A program made the translations under genes and the position numbers. Of a DNA stretch of 64,000 bases, positions 17,296-28,100 are shown in pieces. The DNA is taken from the NCBI GenBank assembly GCA_016183235.1, contig JACPFA010000021.1, positions 33,596 to 97,595 of the forward strand. Reading direction: 5' to 3'. The notes beneath the pieces are model-generated. The model ran no database searches. It was not told the DNA's origin and saw only the letters and a list, made by a program, of their open reading frames with translations. Numbering within the stretch: position 1 is the stretch's first letter; each line of letters opens with the position of its first letter. Source of the stretch: Deltaproteobacteria bacterium (GTDB lineage Bacteria > UBA10199 > DSSB01 > JACPFA01).

Positions 17296-19725
17296 TTACT
17301 TTGCATCAACGGGGATGCGCATGCCGTAGAACGAGCGATACACAAAGAATAAGGCGATCACAAAAAGGCCCAAGCCAATGCCTAATTTCCATTGGGGGTT
17401 GGTGACTTGAACGGCAATTTCTACAGCGAGCAAACCAAACAACGTGGTGAATTTAATCACGGGATTTAAGGCAACCGAAGAAGTGTCTTTGAAGGGGTCG
17501 CCCACGGTGTCGCCCACAATCGAGGCTTCGTGCAGCGGAGTGTTTTTTTGTTTAAGTTCTACTTCAACAACTTTCTTGGCGTTGTCCCAGGCGCCTCCGC
17601 CGTTGGCCATGAAAATGGCTTGGAATAAACCAAAGAAGGCCATGGCGATGAGATAACCAATAAAGGCATAAGGGTTCAAGAAAGGCACGGCCAAGGCAAA
17701 ACAGAAAATGACGATGAAGATATTGGTCATGCCTTTTTGGGCGTAGACCGTGCAAATTTCTACCACCTTTTTGCTATCTTGAATGGAGGCCTTTTCGATG
17801 CCTTCAAGTTTGATATTATTTTTAATGTAAACCACCGCGCGATAAGCCCCGGTGACCACGGCTTGGATAGATGCGCCGGTGAACCAATAAATCACCGCCC
17901 CGCCCAGCAAAAACCCGAAAATCACTTCGGCTTGAACGAGGCTTAGTTTTTCAACCACTCCACCAAAGAGTCGTTCGAGTAATAAGATGATACCAAACAC
18001 CATAGTGGTAGCACCCACGACGGCTGTACCAATCAGCACAGGTTTGGCCGTGGCCTTAAAGGTATTGCCAGCGCCATCCGCAGACTCTAAACAGTGTTTG
18101 GCGGCTTCAAAGTTGGGGTCAAAACCGAATTCTTTTTTAATTCGATCTTTAATATTGGGGAGTTTTTCTACCAGTGACAACTCATAAACTGATTGTGCGT
18201 TGTCGGTAACCGGGCCAAAGCTATCCACGGCAATAGTCACCGGGCCCATGCCTAAAAACCCAAAGGCCACCAAACCAAAAGCGAAGATGGGGGCAGCAAA
18301 GGGGTATTCGATGGGCATGATGGAAAGGAGTGCAGGGTGTTGTGACATAAAATAAGCGACCAACATGAGCACTAAAATCACGAGGCCTTGCCAGAAGGCT
18401 GAAAAATTACCGGCGACCAAACCTGAAAGGATGTTAAGTGAGGCCCCGCCTTGGCGGGCGCTGTTGACTACCTCTTTAACGTGGCGAGAGTTGGTGCTGG
18501 TGAACACTTTGGTAAATTCTGGAATAAGGGCCCCAGCGATTGTGCCACAACTAATGATGACTGATAAAATCCACCACAGTGAACCATAAGTAGAGGCCAG
18601 TAATAAGTGGCTGGCCCAGAAGGTAACCCCAATCGATACCAGCGAGGTGATCCAAACTAAGTTGGTGAGTGGGTGCTCTAGGTTAAAATCTTTTTTGTTG
18701 CCAAACAAGCCTTGGCTTAATTTAGCATTAAAGAAATAAGAAACGAGTGAGGTGATGATCATTAAAATTCTCATCACGAAAATCCAAATGATCAATTGCG
18801 CGCAGGTGCCAGGTTGAGTTTCTAAGGCCAAGGCAAGGAAGGCAATTAAGGCAACCCCGGTGACACCATAGGTTTCAAAACCATCGGCGGTGGGGCCTAC
18901 GGAATCGCCCGCGTTATCGCCCGTGCAGTCGGCAATGACGCCCGGGTTTTTGGGGTCATCTTCGGGGAGATGAAAAACGATTTTCATTAAATCCGAGCCA
19001 ATGTCGGCGATCTTGGTGAAAATACCCCCACAAATACGCAACACCGTTGCCCCCAGCGACTCACCCACCGCAAAACCAATAAAACAGGCACCGGCAAGTT
19101 CTTGTGGAAGGAAAGCTAAAATCGAGATCATAAAAAATAATTCAACGCTTACCAATAGCAAGCCTACACTCATGCCCGATTGTAGCGGGATAGCCAATAC
19201 GCCCATGGGGTTGCGATAGAGCGAGGCAAAAGAGGTGCGAGAGTTGGCGACGGTGTTAATACGAATCCCAAACCAGGCGACCCCATAAGAACCTGCAATT
19301 CCCAATAAAGAAGCGGCTAAAATAATAGAGACTTCAAAAACTGATTTGTGATTAAGCGCCGCGAAGTAATAAACAATGCAAGCCCCAATTAAGACCCACA
19401 GAATGGCCAAAAATTTGCCTTGTTGGGTGAGGTAAGTTTTGCAAGTTTCCCAGATGATTTGAGAGACATTTTTCATTTCACTTAAAACCGGCAGCGCCTT
19501 GGTTTGTTTGTATTGAATGATTCCAAAGATCATGCCAATGGCACAAACGGCCAAGCCCCAGTGCATGAGGCTTAAACCCAAGACGTCGTGCCCAAAGAGA
19601 TTAAAAGTGACCGCCTTAAGATCGGGAAGATTGATGTCGGCTTCACCGGCGAGAGCTGTTTTGGTGAGAAGTAAAACAGTCATCAAAATAAAAGCGGGAC
19701 TTAAAAACTTTTTTATTTTATTCAT
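17296..19725 (-). CDS. hppA: Membrane-bound H+-translocating pyrophosphatase
   Basis: About 809 aa and polytopic. DCTGDNAGDSVGPTADGFETYG, DNAKK and GDTVGDPFKDT are signature motifs. Start set to the ATG preceded by GGGAGA rather than the TTG at 19737. Confidence 0.9.
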   Translation of the reverse strand: MNKIKKFLSPAFILMTVLLLTKTALAGEADINLPDLKAVTFNLFGHDVLGLSLMHWGLAVCAIGMIFGIIQYKQTKALPVLSEMKNVSQIIWETCKTYLTQQGKFLAILWVLIGACIVYYFAALNHKSVFEVSIILAASLLGIAGSYGVAWFGIRINTVANSRTSFASLYRNPMGVLAIPLQSGMSVGLLLVSVELFFMISILAFLPQELAGACFIGFAVGESLGATVLRICGGIFTKIADIGSDLMKIVFHLPEDDPKNPGVIADCTGDNAGDSVGPTADGFETYGVTGVALIAFLALALETQPGTCAQLIIWIFVMRILMIITSLVSYFFNAKLSQGLFGNKKDFNLEHPLTNLVWITSLVSIGVTFWASHLLLASTYGSLWWILSVIISCGTIAGALIPEFTKVFTSTNSRHVKEVVNSARQGGASLNILSGLVAGNFSAFWQGLVILVLMLVAYFMSQHPALLSIMPIEYPFAAPIFAFGLVAFGFLGMGPVTIAVDSFGPVTDNAQSVYELSLVEKLPNIKDRIKKEFGFDPNFEAAKHCLESADGAGNTFKATAKPVLIGTAVVGATTMVFGIILLLERLFGGVVEKLSLVQAEVIFGFLLGGAVIYWFTGASIQAVVTGAYRAVVYIKNNIKLEGIEKASIQDSKKVVEICTVYAQKGMTNIFIVIFCFALAVPFLNPYAFIGYLIAMAFFGLFQAIFMANGGGAWDNAKKVVEVELKQKNTPLHEASIVGDTVGDPFKDTSSVALNPVIKFTTLFGLLAVEIAVQVTNPQWKLGIGLGLFVIALFFVYRSFYGMRIPVDAK

Positions 19726-19823
19726 GAAATCTCCCAATTGGAATTTTACGGTGCGCCTCCAATATATGACTTTCCTACCAAGGTCAAGTGCAACGCTTCA
19801 GTGAAGTGTGGAAAAAGTGTTGT

Positions 19824-19894
19824 GTCATTCCCGCGAAAGCGGGAATCCAGTCTTCTTTCAAGTATTTCTGGATCCCCGCCTTCGCGGGGATGAC
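19824..19894. repeat. Palindromic element, family B (copy 1)
   Basis: GTCATTCCCGCGAAAGCGGGAATCCAG, an 18-nt loop, then CTGGATCCCCGCCTTCGCGGGGATGAC. Confidence 0.75.
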
Positions 19895-19989
19895 AGCCAA
19901 CCATCCCACTGAGGGGTTACGATTGACAATCATTCTTACTTGTGGTGATTTCCAAAACTTCAAGGCATTTTCTGTTTGGGTGAGTATCC

Positions 19990-21897
19990 ATGAAATTTAA
20001 AATTCTGTTCTCTATTATTATATTGATCTGCCTTTGCATCAGCAGCTTCACTATCCATGCAGAAGAAATCACCTGTTATCCCCACCCCTATCAAGCGCCT
20101 ATCCAAGAAAAAACGTTGAGTGAAAAAATAGATGCCTCTTTTGGGGGGATTGTTGAAAGAATGGTGGCGGTCCTATTTTGGAATCCTTTCGCCTTTTCCA
20201 TTACCGACGAACAAGGCAAGCCCCTTTTAGAGCCCGTTAAGGCCAAAAACAAGCAGGGGCAGACTTTGGCCATCGTGAGCATCCCGATAGGGAAAAAAAT
20301 GGGTGGGGAAACCATCGTTCATCACCTTGATGCCTGTCTCGATGCAAAAGGAAATTTTCAATTCAATCAATCGGGGTATCCCTGGCTCACCCATTGGAAA
20401 TTGGAGCAAGGGAATTTTGTCCATGACAAACCCTATTTCCCCGCTGATTCATTTCCAGTTTATCTGGCAGACGAGCAGCGGTCTATTGATAGGGAACACC
20501 GCTATCTTGAAAGTTTAAAACCAAAAACCTCTGGAATCCCCCTGGTGGTTTTGCTGCTTTTGTTTGCAGGTATTTTCTACACCATCTGGTATAAATTTAT
20601 CAACTTTCGTCTCTTTAAACACGCCATCGACTGCATTCGGGGCATTTATGACAATCCCAAAGATCCCGGCGAAATTTCGCATTTTCAAGCCCTAACGGCC
20701 GCCCTTTCTGCGACCGTAGGCTTAGGTAATATTGCCGGAGTTGCTGTAGCCATCGGCTTGGGAGGGCCGGGGGCTGTTTTTTGGATGATGTTATTGGGGT
20801 TTTTGGGCATGACCTCAAAATTTCATGAATGTACGTTGGGCCAGATGTATCGCTGGATCGACTCGCAAGGGCGGGTTCATGGTGGGCCCAAATATTATCT
20901 CGATCGTGGGCTAAACGAGTTAGGCTACAAATCTTTGGGCAAGATTCTAGCCGGGATATTTGCCATTTTTTGTGTGGGGGGTTCTTTGGGGGGCGGCAAC
21001 ATGTTTCAGGCCAATCAATCTTTCAAGGCGATCAGCGGAGAATTGACCAAGTTTAAGTGGTTTGCTGATTTTCAATATTTAGATTGGGCCATAGGCATTG
21101 TCTTGGCTATCTTGGTAGGGCTCGTGATCTTGGGCGGGATTCGCCGCATTGGTAATGTCACGGCTAAGCTCGTTCCCCTTATGGTTTTTATCTATGTGGG
21201 GGCCTGCCTTTACATCATTATGATGCATTTTACACAACTCCCTGCAGTTTTTAAACTCGTCTTTGCCGAGGCCTTCAATTTGCAAGCCGGGGTTGGGGGT
21301 TTTGTAGGGGTGATGGTGCAAGGTATCAAACGAGCGGTCTTTTCAAATGAGGCGGGTATTGGTTCAGCCGCTATTGCCCACGCAGCCGCTAAAACAGAAG
21401 AACCCATACGCGAAGGGATAGTAGCACTGTTAGAGCCCTTTATCGATACCGTGGTTATCTGCGCCATGAGTGCCTTTGTGCTTATTGTTACAGGTGCCTA
21501 CGCTCATCCCGATGCAGGTCAAGGGGTTGAGATGATGCGTTTTGCTTTTCACTCAAAACTTGCTTGGTTTCCCACGATTCTCTCTCTGTCAGTTTTCTTT
21601 TTTGCGTATTCTACGATGATCAGCTGGTCTTATTATGGTGAGAAGGCCTGGACCTATCTCTTTGGCCACTCCTCAGGTTCGGTGAATACCTACAAAATCA
21701 TCTTTTTGATTTGTATTGTATTGGGCACCGTTTCTAGTTTGGACAATGTGATTACTTTTTCCGATCTCATGATTTTAGCCATGGCTTTTCCTAATATTTT
21801 GGGCGGCATCTGGTTGGCCAAAAAAGTACGCCGCGCCCTTCAAGAGTATATGGCCAAACTTAAGGCGGGTAAGTTTCAACGTTATGGGAACCACTAA
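19990..21897 (+). CDS. Alanine/glycine:cation symporter (AGCS family) with enlarged N-terminal region
   Basis: FQALTAALSATVGLGNIAGVAVAIGLGGPGAVFWMM and FSNEAGIGSAAIAHAAA are AGCS signatures. 635 aa, with about 180 aa preceding the conserved FRLFKHA region. Confidence 0.85.
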   Translation: MKFKILFSIIILICLCISSFTIHAEEITCYPHPYQAPIQEKTLSEKIDASFGGIVERMVAVLFWNPFAFSITDEQGKPLLEPVKAKNKQGQTLAIVSIPIGKKMGGETIVHHLDACLDAKGNFQFNQSGYPWLTHWKLEQGNFVHDKPYFPADSFPVYLADEQRSIDREHRYLESLKPKTSGIPLVVLLLLFAGIFYTIWYKFINFRLFKHAIDCIRGIYDNPKDPGEISHFQALTAALSATVGLGNIAGVAVAIGLGGPGAVFWMMLLGFLGMTSKFHECTLGQMYRWIDSQGRVHGGPKYYLDRGLNELGYKSLGKILAGIFAIFCVGGSLGGGNMFQANQSFKAISGELTKFKWFADFQYLDWAIGIVLAILVGLVILGGIRRIGNVTAKLVPLMVFIYVGACLYIIMMHFTQLPAVFKLVFAEAFNLQAGVGGFVGVMVQGIKRAVFSNEAGIGSAAIAHAAAKTEEPIREGIVALLEPFIDTVVICAMSAFVLIVTGAYAHPDAGQGVEMMRFAFHSKLAWFPTILSLSVFFFAYSTMISWSYYGEKAWTYLFGHSSGSVNTYKIIFLICIVLGTVSSLDNVITFSDLMILAMAFPNILGGIWLAKKVRRALQEYMAKLKAGKFQRYGNH

Positions 21898-21914
21898 AGG
21901 GAATGTTGAAAAAT

Positions 21915-21983
21915 GTCATTCCCGCGGAGGCGGGAATCCAGAACTGTTTAAAATCACTGGATCCCTGCCTTCGCAGGGATGAC
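21915..21983. repeat. Palindromic element, family B (copy 2)
   Basis: GTCATTCCCGCGGAGGCGGGAATCCAG, a 15-nt loop, then CTGGATCCCTGCCTTCGCAGGGATGAC. Outer flanks GTTGAAAAATG / GCATTTTTCAAC are also inverted. Confidence 0.75.
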
Positions 21984-22138
21984 AGAAAGTGCATTTTTCA
22001 ACGGTCCTCTAAAAAGGGCCCTTTGCTTGCTTAATTTTAGTGCAGGTGAGTAAGTTTTGAGCACCCCTTGACCTGTTGTAAAACAGGTTTTTCAATCGAA
22101 ATCTTTATAAATCAGTGAGTTAGTAAGACCATATTGAG

Positions 22139-22154
22139 TGGCATAGAATTTGCT
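22139..22154 (+). promoter_or_regulatory. Sigma-54 (-24/-12) promoter of amt-glnK
   Basis: TGGCAT-AGAAT-TTGCT matches TGGCAC-N5-TTGCW with correct GG/GC spacing. It lies about 50 nt upstream of the amt start. Confidence 0.5.
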
Positions 22155-22206
22155 TGTGCGTAGTTGCGATTCATTTCAATTTTTAATTTAAGAAAGGGTT
22201 GTCTCT

Positions 22207-23640
22207 ATGCCACGTAAACTCTTGCCACTCGTCAGCGTCTTTTATTTATTTTTGTTGGTTTCTCTATGCTCAGCACCCGCTTTCAGTGAACCTACCTTAG
22301 AACAACGCGTTGGAGATCTCGAAGCTTATATGAACAATGTCGATCGTACCGCCAAGGCAGCCGATGGTTCTTATATCGGAAAGCTTCCCGGGGCTGGCCC
22401 TGGCCATAATGCATGGCTATTGATTTCTACGGCGTTGGTTTTATTTATGACCTTGCCGGGATTGGCCTTATTTTATGGTGGTTTAGTGCGGGCCAAAAAC
22501 GTGTTGTCGGTTATGGCACAATGTTTGGGGATCGCTGGGCTGGTTACTATATTATGGTGGGCAGTCGGTTACAGTTTGGTTTTTGCAAAAGGCGGGCCCT
22601 TTTTTGGTAGTTTAGATTTTGCTTTTTTCACGGGGGTAGATGGCAACCCTAATACGGATTATGCCTACTGGACTTCACACAATGTCTTTTCGATGTTTCA
22701 ACTCATGTTTGCCATCATCACACCGGCCTTGATCATTGGTGCCATTGCCGAGCGTATGAAATATTCTGCGATACTTTTATTTGTAGCGTTGTGGATGTTT
22801 GCGGTTTATTTCCCGCTGGCTCATATGGTGTGGGGCATTAATGGCTACATGAACGGAGTGTGGAATGCCTCAGCGACCATCAAGGCGATTGATTTTGCAG
22901 GTGGGACCGTTGTGCACATGTCATCGGGTTGGTCGGCTTTGGTTTTGTGTTTGATTTTAGGCAAACGCCTTGGCTTTGGCCGCGATGCCATGCCACCGCA
23001 TAGCATGGTGCTTTGTATGGTGGGCACGGGCATGCTGTGGGTGGGTTGGTATGGGTTTAATGCCGGCAGCGCCTTGGCGGCCGATGGTTTGGCGGCGGTG
23101 GCTTTTACGAATACAACTTTGGCAGCAGCGGTGGCTAGCTTTGTGTGGGCCATGGCCGAGTATCTTTTGAAAAAGAAACCCAGTATTTTAGGGTTTTGTT
23201 CGGGTGCGGTGGCAGGCTTGGTGGTTATTACGCCTGCTTGCGGATTTGTGAGCACGAATGCCGCTATCATCATTGGTATTTTAGCAGGGCTCGTTCCCTT
23301 TTTGGCTTGCTATAAGCTAAAAAGTTGGTTGGGTTATGACGACGCCCTCGATACCTTTGGGGTGCACGCCGTAGGTGGAACGCTAGGTGCCTTTGTTACC
23401 GGTGTCTTTGCTAATGGCAACGTTAACGCGAACCTGCTTACAAATTTAGGGGATATTGTGGGTAAAACCCTATGGATCGAACAATTAAAAGCCATGGCTA
23501 TAACGGTTGTTTTGTCGGTGGTGGCGACAGCGGTTATTGCCTACATTGTGCGGGCTCTGATTGGCTTAAGGCCTGCCGACGAAGTGGAACGCCAAGGTTT
23601 GGATTTGTCTGAACATGGTGAAGAAGGCTACGTATTTTAA
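22207..23640 (+). CDS. amt: Ammonium transporter
   Basis: 477 aa with a signal peptide. DFAGGTVVHMSSGWSAL and GFNAGSA are Amt/MEP signatures. Confidence 0.9.
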   Translation: MPRKLLPLVSVFYLFLLVSLCSAPAFSEPTLEQRVGDLEAYMNNVDRTAKAADGSYIGKLPGAGPGHNAWLLISTALVLFMTLPGLALFYGGLVRAKNVLSVMAQCLGIAGLVTILWWAVGYSLVFAKGGPFFGSLDFAFFTGVDGNPNTDYAYWTSHNVFSMFQLMFAIITPALIIGAIAERMKYSAILLFVALWMFAVYFPLAHMVWGINGYMNGVWNASATIKAIDFAGGTVVHMSSGWSALVLCLILGKRLGFGRDAMPPHSMVLCMVGTGMLWVGWYGFNAGSALAADGLAAVAFTNTTLAAAVASFVWAMAEYLLKKKPSILGFCSGAVAGLVVITPACGFVSTNAAIIIGILAGLVPFLACYKLKSWLGYDDALDTFGVHAVGGTLGAFVTGVFANGNVNANLLTNLGDIVGKTLWIEQLKAMAITVVLSVVATAVIAYIVRALIGLRPADEVERQGLDLSEHGEEGYVF

Positions 23641-23645
23641 ATTAG

Positions 23646-24421
<776 letters not shown>

Positions 24422-24506
24422 AAAAGTTCCTCCAGTAAGTTTAAAGAAACACCCTAATCCAAAAAATTCAACCCTAAAAATAATTTTCTAAAATATTCAG
24501 AACCAC

Positions 24507-24866
24507 GTCTTTTTAAAAAGTAGGTAGGGCCTATCCTTGTTTGCAAACGCGCACCGTTCGCCCTACCGTCCGCCATCTGTCATTGCGAGCCCAGCAGGGT
24601 CCTTCGGCAAGCCTCAGGATAAACTCAGCAATCTCTTCTGTTTAAGCGATGGGATTGCCACGCTCGCCAACGTGGCTCGCTCGCAATGACAACATTTGTA
24701 TTGCCTTCGTGCGGGCTCTCTCCTGGTGCCCTTAAACAAACTTAGGACGTGCGGTCAAAAAAGAAACCTCTTTTTGATCAAGGGGGATTTTTTTTCTTGA
24801 CCGGCTTTTTCATAGATGCGCAATGTTTGCCAACAAGGATAGGCCCTACCTACTTTTTAAAAAGAC
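24507..24866. repeat. Composite nested palindromic element (42-nt terminal inverted repeats enclosing a family-A hairpin)
   Basis: GTCTTTTTAAAAAGTAGGTAGGGCCTATCCTTGTTTGCAAAC is matched in inverted form at 24825-24866. Inside lies GTCATTGCGAG...CTCGCAATGAC (24579-24690) plus another imperfect hairpin. Confidence 0.75.
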
Positions 24867-24882
24867 TTCTCCGTAAATATTT

Positions 24883-25105
24883 GCAGAGATATAAAAAGTT
24901 ATTTTGAGTTGGGCTAAGGGGTCTATCGAGAACCTGTAGCAGGAGTAAAGCCGTAGGAGGTCAAAAAAATCCTATTATTTTTTTGAATTAGAGGATGACA
25001 GAGGAATACTCTAATTCAATAAAAATAAAGGATTTTTTTGGCCGAGTAGGCTTTACGGGTGCGGGTTCTCGATAGACCCCTTAGCCCAACTCAAAATAAC
25101 TTTTT
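24883..25105. repeat. Three-level nested palindromic element
   Basis: 42-nt arms AAAAAGTTATTTTGAGTTGGGCTAAGGGGTCTATCGAGAACC (24883-24924) with the reverse complement at 25064-25105. An inner arm pair sits inside them. The innermost hairpin GAATTAGAG-GATGACAGAGGAATA-CTCTAATTC recurs at about 52655-52700. Confidence 0.75.
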
Positions 25106-25124
25106 AGGTGCGGTGATTTGTAAA

Positions 25125-28100
25125 TTAGCTGGCCATTACCATTAAACTTTTAATGACAAGGGCTGTAGCTAGTACGCTAAAGCCTATGATCGTGATGCGT
25201 TCAAATTCTTTGGTGTAGGTCTTCCATAAATAAAAGAGGCAAGGGTAGACTAACAATTCCATGGCAAAGGAAGTGAAAATCCCACCTACCATGGGGGCCG
25301 CAATGCGCTTAGTGACATCGGCACCCGTTTCGTGAGAGCCTGCCCACATGATGGGTAGTAAACCCATGAACGTTGTACCTACGGTCATGAGTTTGGGGCG
25401 AATTCTTTTCACCGCTCCATCGTGAATGATCTTTTTTAATTCGAGTGAGTTTGGGTTTTTGCCGGTTGAAATAAATTTTTTGTAAGCCAGATCTAGGTAG
25501 AGCAACATAACGGTTCCGGTTTCGGCATCAACACCGCCTAGGGCGATGATCCCCACCCATACTGCGATACTCAACTTGTAACCCAATAGCCACAAGAGCC
25601 CAAAGGCACCCACTAACGAAAAGGGGATAGCCAGCAACACAATACAGGTTTTGATCAGCGAATGATTGCTGGTATAAAGCAATAGAAAGATAATCAGCAG
25701 GGTCAGCGGGATGACCATCCAGAGGCGACGTTCAGCGCGTTTCAAATGTTCAAATTGTCCACTAATTTTATAGGTGTAACCTTCGGGTAATAAAGAAGAA
25801 TTTCTCAAGAAATCATCTAGCTTTTCAGCATAGGCACTCATGTCAACTTCTTCGTCTAAGTCCACAAATACCCACGATGATAAAAGGCCATTTTCGTTAC
25901 GGATCATGGCCGGGCCCTGCACGATGTTGACATCGGCCACTTCGCTTAAAGGGATGTGAGAGCCATTGCTCGACGTAATCAACGCATTTTTAATTTGTTC
26001 AAAGCTCGAACGAAAGTGGGGTTGGTAACGCAAACTTACGGAATAGCGTTCGCGCTTTTCGATGGTGGTGGTGAGAGGTTCGGCACCTAAGACCCCTTCG
26101 ATCAGAGAGTTGGCCTCTTCTATTGACCCAATCCCATAGGCGCCGAGCCGGTCGCGTTTGAGTTTGATATCAATGTAAAAACCGCCCAGGCTTCGTTCTG
26201 CGATGGCAGAGCGGGTGATGGGTTTAAATTCTGGGTTACTGAGTAAAACCCGTTCAATCTCAACGGCGATTTTTTCTAATTCGTTGAGTTCATCCCCATA
26301 AATTTTGATTCCAATCGGGGTGCGGATTCCGGTGGTGAGCATATCAATGCGCGTTTTAATGGGAAAAACCCAAGCATTGCTAGTACCGGGGAGTTGGATG
26401 GTGTTTTGTAAAGCTTTTACCAATTCTTGCCAATTGCGTGGTTTCATTTCAGGCCAGAAGGGGCGTAAGAAAATTTTCACTCCGTTGGGGGCAAAGTTTG
26501 AATACCAACGTTCATGATAAACTTCGGGCCAATCTTCTTGAGGGTGCAATTGAATAACCGTTTCGACCATCGACAAAGGTGCCGGGTCTGTTGGAGTCTC
26601 CGCACGGCCAGCCTTTCCAAAGATGGTAGCCACTTCTTTAAATTGTAAAATGAGCTTATCTTGTTGTTGCAGCCACTCTTTGGCCTTTTCAATGGAAATG
26701 CCGGGCAGAGTGGTGGGCATGTAAAGCAGGTCGCCTTCGTTAAGTGAAGGCATGAATTCTTTTTTAAGGCCGGGGAATATTTTGTTGAATAAAGGTAAGG
26801 GAATGCCTGCATAAAAAGGGATGATGGTTAAGATGATGAGCAAACTTGCAATGGCGATTTTAAAAGGTCTTTTCAAAACCCAATCTAGGGCGGGGGTGTA
26901 AATTTTAAAAAGTCGTGCGCTGATGGGGTGATTTTCTTCCGAAGTAATGGTGCCTGTCCAAAAAAAGTTGACAATTTTACTTGCCCTAGGATTTTTTAAT
27001 TTAAGGGGTTTGGGCAGGTTGAGGAAAAAACGTACCAAGGCAGGGGCCAAGGTGGCCGCTAACACAGCACCGAAAAATAAAGAAAAGGTTTTGGTAAGGG
27101 CTAGGGGTTTAAAGAGTTTGCCCTCTTGCCCCTCCAAGACAAAGATGGGTAAAAACGAAACCGCCATAACCAACAAGGCAAAGAAAATCGGGGTGCCCAC
27201 TTCTTTGACGGCTTGCAGAAGGGCGTCGAGGAGGTTACCTTTTTCACCTTGTTCGCGCCAATGCTCAAGGGCCTTGTGGGCGTTTTCAATCACCACAATC
27301 GCCGAGTCAACCAGAGCACCAATGGCAATGGCAATCCCGCCTAAAGACATAATGTTGGAATTGATCCCCCAGTAATACATCGGGATGAACGAAAAAAGCA
27401 CGGAGATGGGTAAAATAAAAATGGGAATGAGCGAAGAACGAAAATGCCAAAGGAACACTAGAATAACGAGTGCCACCACAATCATTTCATCCCAAAGTTC
27501 AGTCTTTAGAGTACGAATCGAATTGCCAATCACCTTCGAGCGATCGTAGGTGATGACAATCTTGCTGCCCTTGGGCAGGCTAGGTTCTACGCTTTTTAAG
27601 GTGTCTTTGATTTTTTGAATGAGGGAATAGGCATCGTTTCCATAGCGCATCACCACAATGGCGCTTACGGCCTCGCCTCTGCCATTAAGATCAATGGCAC
27701 CGCGGCGAATATCAGGAACCTTCACCACCTTGCCGATGTGCTTGATAAGCACGGCATCGCCCGTGGGGTTACTTTTAAGGGGGATATTTTCAATATCTTC
27801 GATATTTTTAATATAACCTAAACCACGGATAAAATATTCGCGTTCGCTTAATTCTAAAGTTCTGCCCCCCACATCGCGGTTACTAGCGCGAACCTTATCC
27901 ATAACTTCATCTAAGTTTAACTTATATTGAGCCAGCGCCATGGGGTTGACTTGAATCTGATATTCTTTAACATACCCGCCAACACTTGCTACTTCTGCAA
28001 CTCCGGGGATGGCTTTGAGCAAATAACGCAGTTTCCAATCTTGAAAAGAACGCAAATCTTCAATGGAATTTTGCCCCGATTCATCAACGAGCGAATATTG

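Noticed and set aside
17444-19804. Plus-strand ORFs of 60-95 aa inside and just past hppA (17444, 17737, 17987, 18365, 19001, 19517)
   Set aside because: They are antisense shadows of a well-supported 809-aa membrane protein gene. They have low-complexity composition, no RBS and no recognisable motifs.
19738-19989. Looked for a glycine riboswitch upstream of the AGCS symporter, and for a sigma-54 site (TTGGAATTTTACGGTGC)
   Set aside because: No GGAGAG...CACCG...GGGGCAA-type glycine aptamer features are present. The GG/GC spacing of the candidate -24/-12 is off by one. Most of the gap is a family-B hairpin.
19788-20000. Repeat-spanning ORFs (19788-20000, 28324-28578, 40756-41085, 41028-41222, 41775-42095, 43016-43447, 43233-43421, 52695-52991, 55342-55632, 7242-7460)
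   Set aside because: Their reading frames consist largely of palindromic repeat sequence (IPAKAGIQ, CHCEE and AMTE peptides) or overlap better-supported genes. Treated as non-coding.
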